A stretch of DNA of 46,563 nucleotides. Source: Candidatus Kaiserbacteria bacterium (GTDB taxonomy: Bacteria > Patescibacteriota > Minisyncoccia > Phycocordibacterales > Phycocordibacteraceae). The notes under the pieces are model-generated. The model was not told the origin of the DNA, made no database searches, and was given only the letters and a program-made list of their open reading frames with translations. How positions within the stretch are numbered: position 1 is the first letter of the stretch; every line of letters starts with the position of its first letter. The stretch covers positions 1 to 46,563 of the forward strand of contig JARIGM010000014.1 in the NCBI GenBank assembly GCA_029288865.1, read 5' to 3'. Both the position numbers and the translations under genes were made by a program. Shown here in pieces: positions 37,064 to 45,505 of this stretch.

Positions 37064-37647
37064 TTCGGCAGCGGCGTTGCCCCTGGACAGAAACTAAATC
37101 CAAGGTTTTCCCCATCGTAAGTTTCATTTATCCAATAGGTAGTTCCTACATAATAGTTAAGATTGCACAGCTGATTCTGCGATAGGCCGAGACGGTCCAT
37201 TAGAAATTGTTCCATTTCGTGACGTGCTTTCCCTAGAGGTTCAGAAAGTAAAGCTATATTAAATGCTCCGTCGCTCGTGCTATACACGATATTGAAATCG
37301 CTACTAGATGCTGTCGCACACTTTATATTCGGCAAACAGTAAGGAAGACTGCCAGCCAAATAATAATCTCCTTCATTCTGCACATCAGGAATTGTCTCTC
37401 CGTTGTGAATGAAATCTTTTACCGGGAGAGTTGTACTTCCCTGCGCTTCGATTTCGATCGTATGTATGGAATTCGGCTCATCACTTGAAGTTGAAGTTGA
37501 TTGATTCAATGTACCGGAAGGGAAAGTGGTAGTCACACCGTTACTTGGCGTAGTCGATCCTTTGAAGAAATAGCTAAATCCAATCCATCCCAGTACGACT
37601 ATTGCTAGGATAATTCCGATGATGATTAAGATTTGAGAGATTTTCAT
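37060..37647 (-). CDS. Membrane-anchored extracytoplasmic hypothetical protein with 4 Cys
   Basis: N-terminal TM; C-terminal LCNLNYYVGT...NLGFSFCPGA; visibly AT-richer than its neighbours. Confidence 0.65.
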   Translation of the reverse strand: MKISQILIIIGIILAIVVLGWIGFSYFFKGSTTPSNGVTTTFPSGTLNQSTSTSSDEPNSIHTIEIEAQGSTTLPVKDFIHNGETIPDVQNEGDYYLAGSLPYCLPNIKCATASSSDFNIVYSTSDGAFNIALLSEPLGKARHEMEQFLMDRLGLSQNQLCNLNYYVGTTYWINETYDGENLGFSFCPGATPLPN

Positions 37648-37668
37648 GACAACTTGAGTTAGTGTATC

Positions 37669-38724
37669 CTATCCACCACCATAAATGGCAATGCACTGTT
37701 TTTGTTTTGAACTTCTTGGATCTGCCGTCCATGCAGAATAGCCTTTATCTTCTGCTACCAAGCATGCGGCTGCCGCAGCACTACATGCAAGATCATTTGC
37801 TTTTGCTTGGCATAATGCTGCAAGTTGCTGAGAAGCAGCATCTGGCTTCACTTTCCCGCCTCGATAAGCAGCTGAGCAGTTCAAATTGCCGCACGCCGGA
37901 ATATTTAAACTATGACATTTGTCACTTGAGCCAAGAAGAATTTGCCATGGTCCTGCAGCGCTCGTAGATTTCCCGCTCGGCGTAGTAGCTCCACTACTGT
38001 AAGCCCCGCAAGAACTCTCTGGCTTAGCAATACAAGCAAGGACATTCGCCTCAGACTGCGAAATGTTATATCCGCCCGACTTCGCAGAAGACAGCACTTT
38101 CGAAGGAGAGCACGCGCCAGTACCAGTCTGAGGAACAGATGCGGGAGTCACCGCTGGCCCCACTGGACTCTTATAACCACCGCCCGCATTCGCGTTCTTC
38201 ACTTCACTATCAGTAAGGCTGAACGTCGGCAATAGGCCCGCTTCATGTGCGACGAGACAATCCGGACCCGTCTGAGTACCCAAGATCGAATTCCATGGAC
38301 CAAACTGCGAATCGCTCTTATAAAGCACTTTCATGACCGAATCGATGAATGTCCACGCACAGAGAATGATCAATAATCCGATAACAGCATTCAGCAATCC
38401 ATTTCGCGCTTTGATCCGATGCTCCTCGTTCGTGGGATTGATCATGAACATCATTCCGGAGTAAGCTATGAAGAGCGTGATCGCGACGACCGAGAGCGAG
38501 ACGAACGCATTCATCACGTTCTGTATCACTGCTAGAACGCAACCCCAGGCGGGCGCGGATACTGATACGCCAGTTCCCGGCAGCGGTGAGCCATCTTTGC
38601 TTACGCAGTTGCATTCATTCGGAATGATCGGCCCGAAGAAGTTGGTGGTCGCAGCATGCGCGACATGCGGCAGCACGTACAGTGCCCCGAAGACGATGAG
38701 GTGTATATAAAACGAGCGGCGCAT
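37669..38724 (-). CDS. VirB2/TrbC-like pilin domain fused to a Cys-rich lysozyme/lytic-transglycosylase-like domain
   Basis: Signal AHA, then WGCVLAVIQNV...TM...EEHRIKARNGLLNAVIGLLI (pilin-like); C-terminal IAKPESS, SAAGPWQI and GYSAW (SLT-like motifs). Confidence 0.62.
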   Translation of the reverse strand: MRRSFYIHLIVFGALYVLPHVAHAATTNFFGPIIPNECNCVSKDGSPLPGTGVSVSAPAWGCVLAVIQNVMNAFVSLSVVAITLFIAYSGMMFMINPTNEEHRIKARNGLLNAVIGLLIILCAWTFIDSVMKVLYKSDSQFGPWNSILGTQTGPDCLVAHEAGLLPTFSLTDSEVKNANAGGGYKSPVGPAVTPASVPQTGTGACSPSKVLSSAKSGGYNISQSEANVLACIAKPESSCGAYSSGATTPSGKSTSAAGPWQILLGSSDKCHSLNIPACGNLNCSAAYRGGKVKPDAASQQLAALCQAKANDLACSAAAAACLVAEDKGYSAWTADPRSSKQKQCIAIYGGG

Positions 38725-38824
38725 ACCTTACTAGTATTGTATGGCATGGCCGCCCCAAAAAGCACACTTGCCCACAAGCCCATGTTTGCTATGGTGTAGA
38801 GACGTCACCCGTTTTGTGACTCCA

Positions 38825-38898
38825 GGGTCCATAGTTTAGTGGTAGAACATCGGTCTCCAAAACCGATAGTGTAGGTTCGATTCCTACTGGGCCCGCCA
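38825..38898 (+). tRNA. tRNA-Trp(CCA), CCA encoded
   Basis: Acceptor GGGTCCA/TGGGCCC, anticodon arm TCGGT-CTCCAAA-ACCGA, T arm GTAGG-TTCGATT-CCTAC, G73 then CCA. Confidence 0.96.
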
Positions 38899-38965
38899 AC
38901 ACAACATCTCTTCATGTAGACTTCATGACCATTCTATAATGATGAGGTCATAATCTGGCTGAACA

Positions 38966-41014
38966 ATGACTGCTACCCCAACCATAGACGTCGAGATGCT
39001 GAGCAACATGCTAAACGCATTGCCCTATGCCGTCTATACCTTCGATCGAGACCGACGCATTATCTTTTCCAATAAGACGGCACGACGGCAGCAAGTGGCG
39101 AGCGCGCCCGGTGAAGCGATCGGAGCAGCTCAGATCGATCACTTCAAGGATAACGAATACTACGACGAATCCGGTGATCGCCTCCCCCCAGACAAACTAC
39201 TCGTGCTCGAGCGGGCATTCCAAGGCGAAACGACACATGATTTTTTGATTGAACATCGTAACGTCAAGACTCGCACTCACAAATGGCTCGAGATCACCTG
39301 CATTCCAGTCATGGATCAGTCAGGGGAATTTTCATACGGCATCCTTATATCCCGTGACGTATCGCTCCGCAAGAAACGTGAGGACAAACTTCGATTCCTT
39401 ATGGAATCCACGAAGATCATTTCACTTACGATTGAATTTCAAGACCGTCTCCAGCGAAAGGCAGAGCTGGCCGTTCCTTCCCTTGCGGATTGGTGCGGGA
39501 TCGAGATCGTGAATAGTATGGGCAAGCTTGAACGGCAAGCAATCGTGCATCGAGATCCGAGGAAGATCGAGCAGATTCGCGAATACGAACTTCGGTATCC
39601 CCCAAAACCTGGAGAGGAAAGCCCCTCAGAACGAGTGGTCCGTACCGGCAAAGGAGAATTTACGCCTGTCGTAACAGACGAGATGATTGACGCGGTTCCC
39701 GGATTAAATCCTGACCAACGCGAAGCCATCCGTGCCCTCCAGCTTTCATCTCTTATGACGCTTCCCATTGGCCGGCCTGGCCGGGTGCTTGGAGCGTTCA
39801 CGCTTGCATACGCTGAATCCGGCCGAGTCTATACCCAGGAAGATTTCAACTTCTTTAGCGAATTCGCGCAACATTTAAGCGTGCTTCTTGATAACGCGCG
39901 GCTTTATAACGAAATCCGCCTCCGAGATGAATCGAAAGACATCTTCCTCGCTTCTCTCTCACATGAATTACGCAATCCACTTGCGCCGATCCGCAGTTCG
40001 CTTGAACTCCTCAAAATTCAGAACCAAGATCCGAATCTCGATTCTGAGATTGCCGTCATTGACCATCAATTCGAGCACATGTCCCATCTGCTTAATGACC
40101 TCCTCGATACGACGCGATTCATCCGCGGCAAGATCGTGGTGCAACTCTCGCCGATCGACCTCATGGATGTGCTCGACCAGATGGTGGGTGCACTCCGACC
40201 AGTTGCGGATCAGAAGAACATATTCCTCTCGATCGAGACCGATAACTCACGATATCCCGTAAACGGCGATCGTATCCGTCTCGAACAAGCGTTCACGAAT
40301 CTCCTCAATAATGCGATCAAGTTCACCCCGTCCGGCGGCGTCATCAAGATAACTGCAGAAACAGTTGGCCAAGAAATTGTGATCAAGGTATGCGACAGCG
40401 GTGTCGGAATTACGCCGGAGGAAATGGCGCGCATCTTCGAACCGTACTATCAGAGCGAACGCGTGCAAAGTGCGAATCCTGGCCTTGGAATCGGTTTGCG
40501 CCTGGTGTATGAGATCATCCATCTTCACCGGGGCTCCCTCACTGCAGAGAGCGAAGGCAAAGATAAAGGCAGCACTTTTACCATCACGCTTCCTCTTGCA
40601 ACCGTTGAGGAGGAGACCTCAAGCGAAGCACCGACTACCCTTCCTGCCGCAGATGAAAGCAAACGCGTGATCATCGTGGATGATAACCAAGCAGCAGCAG
40701 ACGGCCTTGCTCGACTTCTGAAAGCTCTTGGATGGAACGCAAAGGCTCTATACGGCGGACGTGACCTACTTGCTCTTCTTGCTCGCGAAACCATAGATAT
40801 TGCATTTGTGGACATCGGCATGCCGGAAATGGACGGCTACGACGTGATTGCAGAGATACGATCCCAAGGCTACACGCTCCCGGTCGTCGCCCTCACGGGC
40901 TACGGCCTTACCGAAGACAAACAAGAAGCCCTTGCTGCCGGCTTCACCGCACACCTCACCAAGCCTGTCGGAGCAGCCGAACTCAAAGAAACCCTCGCAG
41001 CATTGCTTTCGTAA
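38966..41014 (+). CDS. Cytoplasmic hybrid sensor kinase (PAS/PAC-GAF-HisKA-HATPase-REC)
   Basis: H-box LSHELRNPLAPI; NLLNNAIKFT, DSGVGI and GLGIGL; receiver IVDDN...FVDIGMPEMDGY...HLTKPV. Confidence 0.92.
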   Translation: MTATPTIDVEMLSNMLNALPYAVYTFDRDRRIIFSNKTARRQQVASAPGEAIGAAQIDHFKDNEYYDESGDRLPPDKLLVLERAFQGETTHDFLIEHRNVKTRTHKWLEITCIPVMDQSGEFSYGILISRDVSLRKKREDKLRFLMESTKIISLTIEFQDRLQRKAELAVPSLADWCGIEIVNSMGKLERQAIVHRDPRKIEQIREYELRYPPKPGEESPSERVVRTGKGEFTPVVTDEMIDAVPGLNPDQREAIRALQLSSLMTLPIGRPGRVLGAFTLAYAESGRVYTQEDFNFFSEFAQHLSVLLDNARLYNEIRLRDESKDIFLASLSHELRNPLAPIRSSLELLKIQNQDPNLDSEIAVIDHQFEHMSHLLNDLLDTTRFIRGKIVVQLSPIDLMDVLDQMVGALRPVADQKNIFLSIETDNSRYPVNGDRIRLEQAFTNLLNNAIKFTPSGGVIKITAETVGQEIVIKVCDSGVGITPEEMARIFEPYYQSERVQSANPGLGIGLRLVYEIIHLHRGSLTAESEGKDKGSTFTITLPLATVEEETSSEAPTTLPAADESKRVIIVDDNQAAADGLARLLKALGWNAKALYGGRDLLALLARETIDIAFVDIGMPEMDGYDVIAEIRSQGYTLPVVALTGYGLTEDKQEALAAGFTAHLTKPVGAAELKETLAALLS

Positions 41015-41079
41015 AAAATCCAGAAATAATTCATTTTTGCTTGAGAAAGATTTGATATGAATCTCGATATTCTTTTTAG

Positions 41080-41463
41080 ATGGGAAAAGACTTCGATGAA
41101 TGGAATGAGCTAAAGAAAAAAGTGAATGGTCTGAAGGCTCATTTATATACTGTTCGGGAGATATGGTGGTGTCAGCTGGGTATAAATATTGGAACTGAGC
41201 AAGATGGCAGAGGTGAGAGATATTTGAGACCAGTTTTAGTATTAGTGAGTTTTGGTGCAGAAGCGTGTCTTATAGCCCCTCTCACTACCTCGCAGCGCCA
41301 ACACCCTCTTCGCATACCGATTGGGATGATTGAGGGAAAAGATGCACGGGTAAATTTGTCTCAGATTCGGGTTGTAGATACCAGACGCTTCATTGAGAAA
41401 ATCGGGTTTCTAGATAGAGAGATTTTCTCATTAGTTAGAAAGACCGCTAGAGAGATTCTCTAG
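41080..41463 (+). CDS. PemK/MazF-family endoribonuclease toxin with no adjacent antitoxin gene
   Basis: REIWWCQLG.NIGTEQDG...RPVLVL, LIAPLTT and NLSQIRVVD..R; visibly AT-rich. Confidence 0.85.
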   Translation: MGKDFDEWNELKKKVNGLKAHLYTVREIWWCQLGINIGTEQDGRGERYLRPVLVLVSFGAEACLIAPLTTSQRQHPLRIPIGMIEGKDARVNLSQIRVVDTRRFIEKIGFLDREIFSLVRKTAREIL

Positions 41464-41547
41464 CGGTCTTTCTTTACGTTCTCCCTCTTGCGAGGGTAAG
41501 GCCGAAGCCAACTGTATTTCTATTATAATCCTCTCGTCAAAAAATGC

Positions 41548-41583
41548 AAAACAACAAACCGCTGAAAGGCGGTTTGTTGTTTT
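41548..41583. terminator. Bidirectional intrinsic terminator with a GAAA loop
   Basis: AAAACAACAAACCGC-TGAAAG-GCGGTTTGTTGTTTT between the convergent toxin and rpmG genes. Confidence 0.85.
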
Positions 41584-41586
41584 ATC

Positions 41587-41739
41587 TTATTTCTTGATTT
41601 CTTTGAAAATCTCACGCTTGCGGGTGATCGGATCATATTTCTTTAATTCCAGCTTGCGCTCTACCTTCTTCTTATTCTTGCGAGTGAATATGGTATGGCC
41701 AGACGCTGAACGCATTTTCTGGAGACGGTCTTGTGACAT
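41587..41739 (-). CDS. rpmG: 50S ribosomal protein L33 (cysteine-free form)
   Basis: Manual translation MSQDRLQKMRSASGHTIFTRKNKKKVERKLELKKYDPITRKREIFKEIKK; the T.KNK...KLELKKYDP..RK...FKE signature is present. Confidence 0.93.
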   Translation of the reverse strand: MSQDRLQKMRSASGHTIFTRKNKKKVERKLELKKYDPITRKREIFKEIKK

Positions 41740-41747
41740 ATGTTCCT

Positions 41748-41776
41748 AGGGTATCAGATTACGGCAAAGCTTGCAA
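41748..41776 (-). promoter_or_regulatory. Sigma70-type promoter of rpmG
   Basis: TTGCAA-17 nt-TACCCT on the minus strand, 8 nt before the ATG. Confidence 0.55.
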
Positions 41777-41792
41777 ATAGACAGTCTTTGGG

Positions 41793-41945
41793 CCGTATAA
41801 CCGTACGAGTGAGAAAAGGGCTCTCGGAGCTGGAGTGACATTTGCGAGCCGAAAGGCGGCTGCGAGCAAATTCACCCAGCGAGAGCGAGACACTGCTTCA
41901 GCAGAAGCAGACGGCGTACCTTTTCTCACTCGTACGGTTATACGG
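41793..41945. repeat. 153-bp element with perfect 27-bp terminal inverted repeats enclosing nested hairpins (MITE/REP-like or structured RNA)
   Basis: CCGTATAACCGTACGAGTGAGAAAAGG (41793-41819) is the exact reverse complement of 41919-41945; the interior folds into one long and one short hairpin. Confidence 0.85.
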
Positions 41946-44613
41946 TTACTGGACTCTTCTTTGCACGAGCCGCCCCCTTCTTCACCTCAAACACTGGCTC
42001 GCCTGCCTTATTGATCGACACGGTCACAGTGCCACCCTCCATAACTCCCTGACCCACCATCAAGCTCGCGATCGGTGTCAGGATCTGGTCTTGAATCGTT
42101 CGCTTGAGTGGACGAGCGCCGTACTGCGGATTATATCCCTTCTCAGCAAGCCACGAACGAACCTCTGGTGAGATGATGAGCGTAATGCGCTTGTTTGCGA
42201 GACGTGTGACAACCTCTTGAACCTGTTTCTCAACGATCTGCGCGAGCGCATCCTTGGAAAGCACGTCGAAGTTGACGATGTCATCCAGGCGATTTAAGAA
42301 TTCTGGACGGAAATGATCCTTGAGCGACGCGTTCATCTTCTCCTTGATCTCTTCGTATTGCGCAGCATCTTCAGCACTACTGGTGCCGAAGCCCATACGT
42401 GCCATGCGGTCGAGATACTCCGCGCCGATGTTCGAGGTAAGGATGATGATGGTGTTCTTGAAGTTAACCTTGCGACCTTTGCCGTCCGTGAGGTGACCAC
42501 TATCGAGCACCTGGAGCAAGATGTTGAACACTTCCGGATGCGCTTTCTCCACTTCGTCGAAAAGCACAACGGCATACGGGCGATGGCGAATACGCTCCGT
42601 AAGAGAGCCGGCTTCTTCATAGCCCACATAACCTGGAGGTGCACCGATCAACTTCGCGACCGAATGCTTTTCCATAAACTCGGACATATCCACTCGAACG
42701 AGTGCGTCCTTGTCATTAAACATAAACTCTGCAAGCTGGCGAGAGAGTTCTGTCTTACCAACACCAGTTGGGCCCAAGAAGAGGAACGAACCGATCGGAC
42801 GATTCGGATCCGCGATACCAACACGCGAGCGCTTTACTGCATCAGATACGATCTTCACCGCATTGTCCTGACCCATGACTGCAGACTTGAGGTCTTCTTC
42901 CATGCGTGCGAGCTTTGCAGCTTCTTCTTCAAGCATCTTCGAGACAGGAATACCTGTCCAGCGAGAGACGACACCTGCAATCTCGTGTTCGGTAACTTCT
43001 TCGTGAAGCACGCGGCGTGAACGCTGCAACTGCTTGAGACGCTTCATCTTGGCTTCGAGCTCTTTCTGAAGGGTTGGAATCTTGCCATAGCGGATTTCGG
43101 CTGCAGTGCCAAGGTCGCCTGTCGCTTCGGCGTTGTCTGCCTGCACACGGAGCTTCTCGAGCTCAGACTTTATTGCACGGATTCCGGTCAGCACTTCTTT
43201 CTCATTCTTCCACTTGAGTTCGAGTTCTGACGTCTTTTCACGGAGGTCAGCGATTTCGCTATCGATCACTTTGATTCGCTCTTTAATTTCCTTTCCGTGT
43301 TCGCCTTCCTCGTCCTTCTGGAGAGCTTGGCGTTCGATCTCGAGGCGGCGAATCTTTCGATCAGTCTCTTCGAGCAATACTGGCTTGTTCTCAAGCGCAA
43401 TGCGAAGACCCGATGCTGCCTCATCGATAAGATCGATCGCCTTGTCTGGAAGGTAGCGATCCGTGATGTAGCGCGACGAGAGATCAACCGCGTTCACGAT
43501 TGCCCCGTCAGTGATGCGGACGCCATGGTACAGCTCGTACTTGTCGCGAAGACCGCGAAGAATAGCGACGGCATCTTCAATAGACGGTTCATTCACGTAG
43601 ACCGGCTGGAAGCGACGCGTCAGTGCGGCATCCTTCTCGATGTGCTGCTGATACTCCTTAAGAGTTGTCGCACCAATGATGCGGATCTCTCCACGAGCAA
43701 GCGCCGGCTTGAGCATATTGGTCGCATCGAGCGAGCCTTCTGCGGCACCAGCACCCACGAGCGTGTGGAGCTCATCGATGAAGAGGATGATCTTTCCTTC
43801 TGCCTTCTCCACTTCCTTCATTACATTTTTCATGCGCTCTTCGAACTCACCACGATACTTAGTTCCTGCAATGAGGAGACCGAGGTCGAGCGAAAGAAGT
43901 TCTTTGCCTTTCAGTGATTCTGGTACATCTCCTTGCGCGAGACGTTGCGCCATTCCCTCAGCGATGGCTGTCTTTCCGACACCAGCTTCACCGATCAAGA
44001 CCGGGTTGTTCTTGGTGCGGCGCGAAAGAATCTGGATCACGCGGTGAATTTCCTGATCGCGCCCGATGACGGGGTCGAGCTTGTTCTCTGCAGCGAGCTT
44101 GGTGAGATTGCGTGTGAACTTTGCAAGCGCGCGGAATCGCTTCGGTTCAGCCACTTGCCCATCCTTCGAAGTCTTGAGTTCCTTAAGCACAGCAAGTGCA
44201 GTTTCCTCATCGATACGGAAGCGGCCAATCACGTCAGCTGCTGGACCTGGATGCTCGAGCACGGCAATGAAGAGATGTTCGGTTCCGATGAATGAATCAT
44301 TCATGCGGGCAGCGATCTTACCGACATTTTCAAGAATCTCAGCGAGATCCGGTGTCAGGAAAATCTGATAGGAAGGAGAAAGCACTGATGCGCTTTCTGG
44401 TGTCTCGAGTAGTTCGAGTAGTGTATCGGAAAGCAGCATGGCATCCACGTCCATGCGATCCAAGATCGAGAATACGAGACTCTCTTCCTGATGAATCAGC
44501 GCCGTGAGAAGGTGCAGCGGACTCACGTGGTTCTGACCACGTTCGATAGCCAGCTCATGCGCTTTCTTTACGGCTTCTTTTGCTTTAGTTGTCCAATTTT
44601 TGAAAGGTGGCAT
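41938..44613 (-). CDS. clpB: ATP-dependent disaggregase ClpB
   Basis: Clp N domain; NBD1 [10 protein letters not shown]...LFIDELH; long coiled-coil M domain ending [10 protein letters not shown]; NBD2 [12 protein letters not shown]...LFDEVEKAH. Confidence 0.96.
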   Translation of the reverse strand: MPPFKNWTTKAKEAVKKAHELAIERGQNHVSPLHLLTALIHQEESLVFSILDRMDVDAMLLSDTLLELLETPESASVLSPSYQIFLTPDLAEILENVGKIAARMNDSFIGTEHLFIAVLEHPGPAADVIGRFRIDEETALAVLKELKTSKDGQVAEPKRFRALAKFTRNLTKLAAENKLDPVIGRDQEIHRVIQILSRRTKNNPVLIGEAGVGKTAIAEGMAQRLAQGDVPESLKGKELLSLDLGLLIAGTKYRGEFEERMKNVMKEVEKAEGKIILFIDELHTLVGAGAAEGSLDATNMLKPALARGEIRIIGATTLKEYQQHIEKDAALTRRFQPVYVNEPSIEDAVAILRGLRDKYELYHGVRITDGAIVNAVDLSSRYITDRYLPDKAIDLIDEAASGLRIALENKPVLLEETDRKIRRLEIERQALQKDEEGEHGKEIKERIKVIDSEIADLREKTSELELKWKNEKEVLTGIRAIKSELEKLRVQADNAEATGDLGTAAEIRYGKIPTLQKELEAKMKRLKQLQRSRRVLHEEVTEHEIAGVVSRWTGIPVSKMLEEEAAKLARMEEDLKSAVMGQDNAVKIVSDAVKRSRVGIADPNRPIGSFLFLGPTGVGKTELSRQLAEFMFNDKDALVRVDMSEFMEKHSVAKLIGAPPGYVGYEEAGSLTERIRHRPYAVVLFDEVEKAHPEVFNILLQVLDSGHLTDGKGRKVNFKNTIIILTSNIGAEYLDRMARMGFGTSSAEDAAQYEEIKEKMNASLKDHFRPEFLNRLDDIVNFDVLSKDALAQIVEKQVQEVVTRLANKRITLIISPEVRSWLAEKGYNPQYGARPLKRTIQDQILTPIASLMVGQGVMEGGTVTVSINKAGEPVFEVKKGAARAKKSPVTV

Positions 44614-44695
44614 AGGTATATATATTTTACGTATTTAAATAACCCAAGTCAACTATCCGGAGCGCCCATCCCTGCCCCCTTGCTCCTACTATATA

Positions 44696-45472
44696 TTACG
44701 AACCTGCCGAAGCAGACGTTGCATTAAGCAGGGTCGTTATCTTATCAGTCGGAACATAAAGACTTGCTGAACCTGTCGAGATGCCGAGAATATTGCCTGA
44801 AAGATCAACCAGCGCCGCGCCTGCAGAAACATTCGGTAGATTCGTATGGACACCATCAGCATCTACTTTCGAGATGATGCCGGTAACTGCGCTACCATCG
44901 CTCGTAAGCGCCACTACGGTCTGGCCTTGCTTAAGATTCGCTGCTGGAACGAGCGTTCCTGTTGAAGCTTTCGGAAGCACCGCATTATCAGCAAAGCCGT
45001 AAATAGTAAGTGTTGCTCCTTCATGTGAAATAGAGGCAGTTCGTGTTGAGCCATCAGAGAAAGCAACGACCACGTTTTGAGGAAGGCCCGTGGACAGCGT
45101 GTTCGTAACAACGGCATGCGCGCTTGGAATGAATGTACCGCGTGCGATCATCGGTGATGTCGTACCACCTTGGCCATAGAGCTCAACAGCGCGAGATGCC
45201 GCTGCGTTGATTGCTCCGGGGAGCAGACTGTCACTCGTCTGGATGACCGTCTTGGTGATGGTGGTCGGCGGGGCGGTAATAACAGAAAGAGGCGTACCGG
45301 TAGCGACCGTCTCAATAGTGTGGTCGACGATCTGATTGACCGTCTGAGTCACGACGGTTGGTGCCTGAGCAAGCAAAGAAACAGTAAGCACGCTCACAGC
45401 GATCGATGTGATGAAGTTCACAAGCAGCATCAAAAGTAGCAGCTGCGATTTAGAGAGGTCCTCGAGATCCAT
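44696..45472 (-). CDS. Membrane-anchored degenerate trypsin/HtrA-like protein
   Basis: TM, then S1C-like pattern VVTN, VAFSDG, LKQGQTVVAL, VTGIIS and SAGAALVDLSGNILGIS; catalytic His and Asp motifs not evident. Confidence 0.6.
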   Translation of the reverse strand: MDLEDLSKSQLLLLMLLVNFITSIAVSVLTVSLLAQAPTVVTQTVNQIVDHTIETVATGTPLSVITAPPTTITKTVIQTSDSLLPGAINAAASRAVELYGQGGTTSPMIARGTFIPSAHAVVTNTLSTGLPQNVVVAFSDGSTRTASISHEGATLTIYGFADNAVLPKASTGTLVPAANLKQGQTVVALTSDGSAVTGIISKVDADGVHTNLPNVSAGAALVDLSGNILGISTGSASLYVPTDKITTLLNATSASAGS

Positions 45473-45505
45473 ACCTTTAGTATAGCAAACTCGCGGCTTT
45501 AGCCA

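Noticed and set aside
38825-38898. Alternative genetic code (TGA reassignment)
   Set aside because: Genes such as dinB, lexA and dprA end at TGA at their expected C-termini, and the tRNA-Trp anticodon is the standard CCA
41820-41918. Interior of the inverted-repeat element as SRP RNA, 6S RNA or a tRNA
   Set aside because: It lacks the SRP helix-8 CAGG/AGCA symmetric loop, the 6S-type single rod with central bubble, and any cloverleaf or TTC T-loop; only an Rfam search could fully exclude a divergent member
44614-44695. CIRCE or CtsR heat-shock operator upstream of clpB
   Set aside because: No TTAGCACTC-N9-GAGTGCTAA or CtsR heptad repeat is visible; only an AT-rich promoter-like stretch
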